Assembly: GCF_009914755.1 (NCBI RefSeq)
Contig: NC_060925.1
DNA: 64,000 bases
From: the human T2T-CHM13v2.0 reference genome, Homo sapiens
Strand: one strand, 5' to 3'
The notes beneath the pieces were generated by a model. That model was not told where the DNA came from. It did not search any database and saw only the letters and a program-made list of their open reading frames with translations. The position numbers and the translations under genes were made by a program. Within the stretch, counting starts at the first letter, position 1. Each line of letters begins with the position of its first letter. This document shows positions 40,841 through 51,879 of this stretch, in pieces.

Positions 40841-41001
40841 TGCAGTGAGTCTGTGAAGTGAGGCCTGGAGCTGCAGAACATCTCCAGGGGGTTCCATCAC
40901 AGCTTCACACAGTTCTCAGACCAGCCAGGGAATTCGGAAGCAGCTGTGCTAGATATTTCTTCCCCTCCCTTCTGCAAAGATGTTCACTGTTTGAGACCTC
41001 A
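40841..41001. repeat. Copy 2 of the 161-bp local direct repeat (probable source)
   Basis: Ungapped 141/161 identity to 39841-40001; no flanking duplication. Confidence 0.95.
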
Positions 41002-41964
41002 ATAACCATTATTTAGCACTGATATTAACATATAGCATTGGCAGCTTAGAACTTTCCAGAAAATAAAATCTGATAAAAGACAGTGTCCTAGACACAAGAT
41101 AACAGACATACAAAGAGAGACATTTTTATATTAGTGGGATAACAAAGGGTGAGATGAAGCCAACTTTGTTGGAGCAGAGCAGTGGCACTCAAAGAAAAGT
41201 GTTATTGAGCTCCAAGTGAACAGCCACCACAGGCCACTGACTGGCATGAATTGTTTACATTAGTCATTCCCAGCCTGCCATTCTGTTTCAGCTTGGTCAT
41301 GCGGAGTAACCCAAAGGAGTAAATAAATAGGAGAATAACAAACCATCTCAACAAACCATTCCAAAATAATTCTAGAAGATACTATGCCATTAACATGCCA
41401 TCTACACCTGCAATATTCCAGCAACTTCCCATTCACAAATAAAAAGAACATTATAGTATTGTCAATTGCTCATACTGCCCATGCCATAGTATATTTCAAG
41501 CAAAAAAGGAACCAGACAAAATTATCAAACTTTTCAAGCTACAATCATGTCATTAGTTTAACATTCTCAAAATGTTCAGAAAGAATTATTAAATGACTCA
41601 GTTTATTATCAATACACATTTATTAAATTTCTAGCTGCACTAAGCACTGAGCTTATGTTATCATAAGTAAATTGCATGGGCCAGTGACTGCCTTCTAAGA
41701 ACTTGGAATCTCCAGGCAACACACTGTATAGACAAAAAGCTCTAAGATGGAGACATTGGTCCATTACAAAAATATCTAGGCCCATAAGTGAACTATAATC
41801 AGAAGCATCCTGAACTACGAGCTTCATCTTAAACAACTGATAGTATCAGTGCCCACAGGTTATTCAGGGGTGCCTGCTTTATCAATCACACTGACAAGCA
41901 GAGTGCAAGACAAGAAATCAATCTTCGGAGAAGCCATCTCTCAACAGAAGACAGAAGAGTTACC

Positions 41965-42300
41965 CCATTTATTCAGTTATTAAATAGATAATTATTGTAA
42001 ACTTACTATGAGATAGGCCCTTGGGATACAGTGGTGAGCAAAGTAGACAAAAATCCTTGCCCTATGGAGCTCACTTTCTAGAGCAGGAGATAGAAAATGA
42101 ACCAAATAAATAAATAAATTAAATTGCTTATTGAAAGTGATAAGTGCTGTGGAGATAAATAAAGCAAATAAAGGGAATACAGAGATTATTTTTTAAATAA
42201 GTCATCAGGAAAGGTCTCACTGAGACACTAATATTTAACTAACAACTTGAAGTTTGAAGTTGGAAGACCCATAGGTGTGTGGAGCTCTAGACAGAGGGAC
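41965..42300 (-). mobile_element. L2a-like fragment
   Basis: gggatacagtggtgagcaaagtagacaaaaatccttgccctatggagctcactttctag...gtcatcaggaaaggtctcactgag. Confidence 0.75.
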
Positions 42301-42854
42301 CAAGAATTGGGAATTTCAACTCTGATTTAAACTTTAGGCTGAGGCCTCAGTCATTTTGATTAAATAAAAAGTGAATCAGCATAAAAAAAATATCTAGTTA
42401 GGCAAAGTAAATAAATTCTAAAATTATTTTAGAGATGAAACTAGGAAAAGTAGATTATTAGAATAGAGGTTAGAGATAATAACCTCAGAAGAATTTTCTT
42501 GGAGAATAGGAAAACAGAAAAAGCAACAGAACTAGTTTCTTGTTGCTTTCTATGGGGATTGGGTAGGGATAGGAAAGAGAGGGATATGAGCACTTTCCTA
42601 AATCCAGGGACAAAGGTTTCACTGAGGAGTGGGATTTTAAAAGATTTTAAAATACTGTGGGCAAGGCATTTGACTAGGCTGGGAAGAGAAAGATGTTCCA
42701 GGTGTATTCATTCAAAATTCATGTGCTTACTCATTCAACACCACTGGATACACTGAGAGATACAGAGGCAAACCAGAAATTATTTGGGGGTATGCAAACA
42801 GAAATACAATAGCCAGTATCCCTACCAGCGCACTATTAAATCACCCCTCTAACC

Positions 42855-43545
42855 TATATTCATTCACTGAACAAATATTATTTGTGTTTCCACTCTGTGC
42901 TAGGCATTTCCTAAGTATTATGGAAGATTAAAAAAGAAAGAATAAGATAAGGACCTGCTTTCAGGAGCTTACTAGGAGCAGTAATAATGATAATAGTTAT
43001 TACAATAATATACGGTAGACAGAGGTAAATGCCTTAAGGAGATAAAAATGAAGTCTTATGGAAGGTCAAAGAGTTCTCATACTCAAATCTTATCTTCTCT
43101 AGGAATTATGGCTTTCTCCTTTGAATTTATTATGCACGTTGTTCATTTGGCACTTATCTTTTATTGTCTCATATTAGCAGGTAGACGAGTTCATTTTATG
43201 TCTTATGTTTCCAAACAGATTATCATACTTCTCAGTAGTTCACCACCCCCACCAAAATATTCAGCATAGTGCAGTGTACAGCACACTCAGTCTAATATGT
43301 ACACTGCACTGTCTTCAACTTGTTGGAAGGGACAGAGTTTCCAACTGTCTTCAACTTGTTGGAAGGGATAGAGTTTCTTAAACTTATTGTAGTCTCTGTT
43401 ACAAGTGTTTGGGTTTTTTTTTTTCCTACCTCCAGCTAAAATGTGACTTCCTTAAGGACAAGAACTATGTATTGTTGGCAATCCCCTAAGGCCCACAGTC
43501 TTGAACATAGTGTTCAATACATGTTTGCTGAATGAATAAATGCTT
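42855..43545. mobile_element. L2 fragments in both orientations
   Basis: attcattcactgaacaaatatt...ctgtgctaggca (minus); ttccttaaggacaagaactatgt...tgtttgctgaatgaataaat (plus). Confidence 0.6.
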
Positions 43546-43569
43546 AATGGGAAACTTTCTGAAAGTGTC

Positions 43570-43800
43570 ATAATGATACCTCACATAGATATCGGGATTT
43601 ACAGTTCTCAAATTGCTCTAAAATACACAACTGCCTTGAATCCTCTCAATAGAACGGTAGAGTTGCCACTGAGATGGTTATTGCACAGATGAAAGAACAA
43701 TGATCATGGAAGATCAACCACCAAGTCACTAAGAGGCAGAGCGGGGACTTACCAGGTGTGTCAGGCTCCACATCAAATGCTTCTTTCTCCACCAAGGAAT
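43570..43800 (-). mobile_element. MIR fragment
   Basis: ttgaatcctctcaata...gcacagatgaaagaac...gaggcagagcggggactt...ctccacatcaaatgcttc. Confidence 0.55.
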
Positions 43801-45071
43801 CATTGAATCTCACAGTGGGGCTTGACTTGGCCTTTGTCTCCAAGTCATAGCTTAGTGTCATGAGACAATAACTATCAAGTGACAAGTAAAATTCCTTTCT
43901 TCTTCAATGTCATACTGTGGAAATATGGTGAACTCAGACCACAAATCCAGGCCAGTTTACCTCGGATGCAACAAATGGCTGATCTTCGTTTGTATTATAG
44001 ACTGAAGTGGAGGGAGCTATCTCTCTGGAAGAAAATGAGATGTATTCAAGTCATTTGTATTAGGGAAGAAAATCTTAGGTAAGTCTGATGTAAACACCAA
44101 TTTTCTGCATGACCTGGGCAGTACAACAAGTAGGCAGTCTAGATCGGGAATGAAATCTATGTCAAAATTGGCAGTAGTAGAACTTGGGAAAGGTCAACAA
44201 ATCGTCTGACACAGGCTTTTAAGATATCCATAGTAATAGGCTCTCCAGGCCTTTAAAAACCACTGGAGAATCCCCAAATTCATCTGGTATAATAAATAAA
44301 CTCTGGGGTTTTCACCCAAATTCAAAACTCAGCCATTCTAACCCTTCTTCAGCCATCAATAGACATACGCTGCTTTTCAATGCGTTTCTTGTACTCACCT
44401 TGTCTCCTGTCAGCAGCCAGAAGTTGGGGTTTTTTTTGTTATCAAGAGTAAGATTCAAACAGCCTGCCCTGCAGCAATCCCATACTGCACTTCTTTGTCA
44501 GAATCCTAATGACGAATTCTAAATACATAAGAGACCATCTCCAGCTGTAAAAGTGAAGAGCTTCCAGGGCCTGTTGAGTTCCCTGACCCCAGACCTATTT
44601 TTATATTTTGATCTTGGGGACCGTGCCTCATGACTTTCAGAACCCTCAAGTTATCCCCGGGGTTACAGAGCACTAGCTTAACCAGTCATAGCAAGACTTA
44701 AAACAGGGCAGCCAGGATCAAAGTGGCCAACAAACTAGTGCATTAGCCACCAGACCAGCCCCCGAGAGAACTGCAATAAGCTGCATTGTACAAGTGGTTA
44801 AATTCTTCTCATGAAAAACCTCAACACTCACGGCTTTCAGTTGCATATATCTGAATAACCATTTTAACAGCTACTCGCATTTTGACATAAAATGTAACAA
44901 CAGCAGTTTAATGTTCTGACTGAAGTACAGAGACAACAATACAATTTGATTTTGTTTTTTAATTTAAAGCTGCCTAAACCTCAAAGTTCAGTGTTACTTG
45001 CTCTACATTTTCCTCAGGCTGATATTAAAGGGACTTTCCTCTATTCAGAGAGCATGGATGAGAGAATGTTT

Positions 45072-45108
45072 AAAAAAAAAAAAAAAGAAAGAAAAGAAAA
45101 GAAAAAAA
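45072..45108. repeat. A-rich / (AAAG)n tract
   Basis: Seen directly in the sequence. Confidence 0.85.
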
Positions 45109-46464
45109 CCCTGAAGAGTCTGGATTAAGAATAACATAGCACAGAGAGGTTTTGTCAATGAACTGACACTTCATTTTTCCTTCCATTGTCTGCCTCCCCG
45201 AAGAGCAGGAGACTAGCAACTGGGATGATCACATGAAGGCGGGAAAAACACAACTGTCAGGCTCCAAGGACAAAGCCTGCTCTTAACAATACCATTCCTT
45301 AAATCCAGACATTAGAGCCGAAGGAATGAGAAAAAAGCAACTCACTCATGGATAGCTTACTGAGGATACTGCAGAAGATTATGCTAATCTTCACTTCATT
45401 GTCCTCTGCAAAATGTTTTCATATCAAGCCTTTTATCTGGGGAAGAAGAGATGCCCAACCTCTCAACTCAGTAACAGCCAGCACTTTCTGTGTGGTTTCT
45501 GCGTAATTAACACCAGCACTAGACCTTTTCATTTGTGCTACTCAAGCTTAGGGCCTTTTGAGGGTGTCCACAGGGGAGCAGCCCTCACCCTTTGCCTGTG
45601 GCCCGGGAGCCACAGCTTATGCTTAGATCTGCGTGCCATCTGTTAATGGCAGAGGGAGCAAAACTTGAGCTAACTTTTCCTTGACTGCCAGAGAATGCAA
45701 GAGACCAAATCCACCAGCATGAGATGAGCAAATTATTATTAAAAAAAAAAAAAAATCTAACAGAGGAATTCAAGCCAACTGCCTCATTTTCCCTATCAGA
45801 TTTTTGCCTCATTATAACTACTTTTCATTTGGGACTTAAAGGGCATGAAAGCCCTAGCTTAGGTGGTAACTTGAATGGACCAAAGGGACACTTTTCTTTC
45901 TTTCTTAGGAATTGAGCTTCTGCATTCGCCTCATTTTATTTCAGAATTGTGTCACAGATGAGCCACATACACACTCCTGACTGACGAGAGGCTATAGGCA
46001 GCCCACAGGAACGTAAGATTTAAGGCTGAATTTTCCTCTCTAATCGATTTCCCTGGCTTTTGTTGGCTCAGGTCAAACTCATATGAATATCATAAAAGCC
46101 AATCTTCATAATGATGAAAGTCATGTGAAAGTGTTAAAGAGAGGCGATCGCCCGTAATGCTTTTGTTTGTTGTAATTGTTGGTGTGAGAATTTAGTTCTT
46201 AGGAGTTTCCCAACAACATGTAAAAGGAAAGGTTAATTGTATATAAAAACACATTTCCCTCAGACGATTCTACTACTCCAGAGGTGAAGAACTATTGCCA
46301 CACTTTTCACTTGTTCTCTAAAAAACTTTCTTTAGACTTATTAGCCAATTCAGTTTTACCCAGAACCTGGTTTCAAATCTGCTTCAAACTAACTCTATGT
46401 TGTTGGGGAGGCAAAACTCAGGTAAGCTCAGCTCCTTCATTAACATAATGAGAACACACAGGAT

Positions 46465-46642
46465 CATAGGTTCCCAAACTGAAGCCAAAAAAATCTCTAG
46501 GAATCTCCCCCAGATAGATTACTATTCTGGAATTATTTGGACTTATTTTGTAAACTAATGGAAACCAGACTCATGGGTAAATATACCATACAGAAAAAAT
46601 AATAAAAAGAAGTCTTGATGGATAAAAATTTGGGAACCACAA
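46465..46642. mobile_element. hAT-Charlie (MER5-class) MITE remnant
   Basis: Degenerate terminal inverted repeats ggttcccaaact ... atttgggaaccac, ~180 bp apart. Confidence 0.5.
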
Positions 46643-48192
46643 AATCAGAGGGTCTTTAGGATTTCTTGAAGTTTTGTAATTATCTGGTTTAATATGCCTT
46701 GGCCCAAATGAGGTGATGTTCTTTGAAAGAAGCTCACGATTTGGTTTCCGTGTGTGGGCAGTACATATTGTTTGATAGTGCTGTGATCTCAATGAATTTT
46801 TGTGAATTAAGTCAAACTAATGTATTAATAGGGGTCCAATTAATTGGGAAAGGAGTAGTATGAACCAGCACTGTTTGCCTCCAAAACATACTACCAGCTC
46901 TGGAAAGCTAAAATGTGCCACTCTCCTTGTTCGTCCTGCTCCACTGAATGAGCCTGCTTTATGACAGCAAATACACACCTTACGGGCATTGGGTAAACAT
47001 GGATGTGCCCCTTCCTGCAGCGACAGTCCTAAGTCAGTGCCAGAGGGCTTGCTCTTGGTCCATGCAACAGGCTCAGATGTGGGACATACACTGGTGAGGC
47101 CAGATGTTCTATATTTTTAAAATGGGCTTTTCCTGTTTTTGGTTTATGCATTACCCTCTATAACAAACAGGGATCACTGTACAATGCCATCATGGCTTCC
47201 TATTCCAAGGTTTTGCAGGAAAAGTAGGTGAAAAAAATAAAAAAGGAAAGACTACAAGGAATATACAGAATTCTCTCCCATCAAAATGTTGAAGTTTCTG
47301 GTGAACTGCACTTTGAATTTTAGAAATTTACAAATTCCATATGTAATTATAATACATCTTTCTTTGTAATCACATTATAAACAAAAAGAAAATTTTTTAA
47401 AAACTCTCAACCCTAGGTAAATTCTAAACATTTTCTCTTGAGATTTTGGTGAAAGATGAAATGATGACAAAGGACTAAACAGAAGTATTTTATTGTATTG
47501 CCTACTTTTATGTGAAAAAGTATTCTTTATATATATACATACATTTAATATATATTTTGTACATGTATGTGTATATATCTGACTTTCTATTCTATCTAAC
47601 CTCATAACTTACCAAAAAATACTGTCATTGTATATATCATATATAAATCAGACTTTCTATAATATCTAACTTTGTAACTTGCTGGTGCTCTAAAGAATTA
47701 AAAAGGCATTGTCTAATAATCTAAATTTACTAGAGTGAACATGTAAATCTTCATAGAGTAAGAAAGAACTCTCTAAAGTTAGAATACCCTTTAACAGATA
47801 AAGCATCTAAATATAAGAGGCCACCTGCTTCATTCAGCAACCACACAATTTGGTGAAATTAAACTCTTCCAGAGCAGTTAAAATTGCATGGCTGTGAAAA
47901 CACCATTTACTGACTACCGAGAGTTTTACTTAGTATAAGCTGTTTAGACCACATGAAATCTGCAATACACTGTTAGATCTTTACAAATTTCATGAAATCT
48001 TTTTCGGATATCCAAAAAATCCTGAACTGCTTGAATCTATTGTATCCCAGCACTGGGGACTGACCCATAATCTCTTTCCCAGCCAGGATACCAAATCTGT
48101 ACCCAACCTTGTCACTGATTCCGGCAGCTGCTTATATTCACCAGAGGGGATGGCAGCAATCCTACTTCTAAAAGAACACCACAAGGGCTTAC

Positions 48193-48215
48193 GTTCACGA
48201 TGCCTTGAAGAGGGC
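48193..48215 (-). other. Candidate 23-nt microexon GCCCTCTTCAAGGCATCGTGAAC of an unidentified minus-strand transcript
   Basis: Minus strand: branch-like TACTGAT, ~50-nt AG-free pyrimidine tract ending ccttcctttcag, 23-nt exon, then donor AAC|gtaagc. Lies in non-repetitive sequence. Confidence 0.55.
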
Positions 48216-48358
48216 CTGAAAGGAAGGTCAAAGGTGAAGAAAAGATAAAGTGCCAAACAAGGAGATCAGTAACATAGGGTCTTCTTGATGAAATCCTAAC
48301 GTCTGATTCTTCAGGATGCAAGCGTCATAACTGCATTTCCAAAAAGTCTGTTTTGTTG

Positions 48359-48417
48359 GTGTTTGTGTGTATGTGTGTGTGTGTCTGTGGATTTGTGTGT
48401 GTGTGCAAGTGTGTGTG
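48359..48417. repeat. Imperfect (TG)n microsatellite
   Basis: Seen directly in the sequence. Confidence 0.9.
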
Positions 48418-49849
48418 CAAAGTGGGTTTTGTTTTGTTTTTAGGTCGGATCACTGTGCATCTAAAAGCCTTATTCAGTTGTCCTTGTCCCAAGTACTTTG
48501 TCTTACACAGGCTGCATTACTCTTGTAAACAGAGGCTTCATCAAAGTGAGAGCAGAGAGAGTCACATCAGTGGATTAAGGCCTTCTGCATGATAAAGTAG
48601 CTACCTAGGGGGGGATAAACTTAATATGTGAAAGAATGTTATTGAGAGGAATAAAGTACCAAAACTCCGTCATTCTCTTCGTAATGTCCTAATCTAATGC
48701 CTGACACTGGGGCCTTAGGCCAGGGTTAGTGTTAATCAATGAAATACCCATCTGTGTTCCCTGTCCTTATCGCTATTTAAAACTAACCTAAACTCAATTA
48801 TTGTCTCTTAGAGACCAAGATGGGATACTAAGTTGATTGAAAGGAATTGTGTCCCACAAAGAAATCCCAGTGTTAAAATGCAGAGGTGTCAACATCACTA
48901 ACTAAATTTCAGCCAAAAAGAGATTAAATGCTAATTCTTAGAACATGAAAAAGTTGCATAGATGACATCTGGCTAAAAATCCTTATTTGAAAACAGCTAA
49001 ATTCTGGTAAACAGAGAAATCAATCCAGAGAACATTGTGCTCTTTAGAATAAAATGGATTGTTTATGTCTCCTGTATCATTTATAGCACAATAAATATAC
49101 AAGGGGAATATTAAGTTCAAACGAGGATTCAGGTTTTAGGCCAAATAAGAGATAACATTCTTGAATTCATAATTGCTAGAATCATGATGACTATTGGAAG
49201 GATATATAATTTATCCCTTAATAACTGAAAGGTGTCATCCAAAACTGTTGTATTCATAATTAAATTTAAAGGTATTCTTTAAAGAGGCAAGGAGCAAAGA
49301 AGAGAAGGTGAGAAAAATGGTCTTATTGCTCAGTAATATTCATTATTTCCTTATTAATACTTGGGCAAAAAACGTCACACTTTTCCATTTTTATTCTTTT
49401 TGTTTTGTACCCAAGTTTATGGAAGATTGCTTTTAGAACTGAGCAAATTCTCTAAAACCAGGTTTCATGGCATGGTCACATATGTATCAAACATTACTTT
49501 GAGAAGTTTTGAAATAAAGCAAAAAGCAATTATTTAAATCTGTAGGAAAGTTAATCTAAAATGGTGTAAATATGTTTTTATTGTGCTTCTTGAGCCTGCA
49601 TATATGTTTAAATACAAATGGGTTTATATAAATACCATTTCATAAGTTAATAATAAAATTATAATTAAGAAGCTTTTTTCTGATAAATTGTTTAGTGGAA
49701 AAGCAACATTCACAATGTAGGCATCTTATAATTATAATTCTAAAAATATATGCATACAAGGAAAAAGACTGAAAGGAATATTTAAAAATAAATTCTGGGA
49801 TGACTGATTCTTCATGTTTAAAATCTGTAATATACACAATACAGGTTGC

Positions 49850-50680
49850 ATTTTTTTAATGATGGTAAAATACACGTAATATAAAATTTACAATCTTAAT
49901 GCTTCTTAAGTGTTTAATTCAGTACTGTTTAGTACATTCATATTGTGCAAATAATCTCCAGAACTCTTGCCATCTTGCAAAACTGAAACTCTACATCCAT
50001 CAAATGCCCTATTTCCTTCTCCACTCAGTCTCTGATAAGGAGAAATCTACATTCTGTCTTTATGAGTTGACTATTCTAGGTATCTTATAGAAGTAGAATT
50101 ATATATCCCATTTGTCTTTCTGTGTCTGGATTATTTCGCTTAGCATAGTGACCTCAAGGTTCACTCATATTATACAATATATAGAGATTTCCTTTCTTTT
50201 GAAGGCTGAATAATATTCCATTGTCTGTATATACCACATTGTTCTCATCCATTGATCTGTCAATGGGCATTTGGGTTGCTTCCACCTTTTGGCTTTTGTG
50301 AATAGTGCTGCTATGAACATAGATGTACAAATATCTCCTTGAGATACTGATTTTAATTCTTTTGGGTATATATCCAGAAAGAGAATTGCTGGATTACACA
50401 GTAATTCAATTTTTAATTTTTTGAATAATCACCATACTCTTTTCCACAGCAGCTGCATCATCCTACAGTTCTACCAGCAGTACTCAAGGATTCTACTTTC
50501 TCCACATCCTTGCCAACTCTTGTTATTTTCTGTTTTTTTGATAGTAGCCACTCTAATGAGTGAAAGGTGGTTTGCATTTCTCTAATGATTAGTGACATTG
50601 AGCATCTTTTCACGTGCTTGTTGGTCACTTGTATAATTTCTTTGGAAAATTCTCTCTTTAAGTCCTTTGACAATTTTTTA
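49850..50680 (-). mobile_element. L1MB-like 3' fragment
   Basis: ggtaaaatacacgtaatataaaattta...catcttgcaaaactgaaactct...gaatagtgctgctatgaacat. ORF2 C-terminal remnant at 50458-50673. Confidence 0.85.
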
Positions 50681-50797
50681 AAAATTTTATTGATACAAAT
50701 AGATGTATATATTTTTCAGGCACATGTGATAACTTAATACATTCATATAATTTGTAAAGCTCAAACAAGTGTAACTGGGATATTCACCACCTCAAAA
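50681..50797 (-). mobile_element. L1MA-like extreme 3' fragment
   Basis: tttattgatacaaatagatgtatatattttt...gtaactgggatattcaccacctcaaa. Confidence 0.65.
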
Positions 50798-51234
50798 AAA
50801 TGCTACATCAAATGTAGCATCAAATGTGGCATCAAATGCCACCTCAAAAAAATACCTACAAAAAAGAAATGCTCATCCCTTGTTAGAATACTAGCCCTAC
50901 TGATACTAATTTAATACTAATTACTAATACCAATTAAAACAGACATGATTATAGCACAAGAATACACTGAAAAGTCTATGGAACAGAATAGATGGCTCGG
51001 AAATTATATCATATGAATATGCAATATATGACGAAGGAGAAAGCCTAAGTCAGTAGAGGAGAGAAATACTGACTCAGTCAATACTGCTATACCCAATAGG
51101 AAAAGAAGCCACTTTATCTTCTCCTAATATCTTATGTTATCTTATCTTAATGTTAAGATAATATCATTATCTTATAACGGAACATAAATTCTAGATGAGT
51201 TTTAAAAGTTAGGTTATTTAAAAAAATTATCTAG

Positions 51235-51879
<645 letters not shown>

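Noticed and set aside
43646-43885. Peptide AFDVEPDTPGKSPL resembling the PDE4 FDVENGPSPGRSPL motif
   Set aside because: Lies in a MIR relic; the match is short and has no convincing splice sites.
44570-44770. Faint tRNA/SINE-head-like motifs on the minus strand
   Set aside because: I could not build a cloverleaf or identify convincing A and B boxes.
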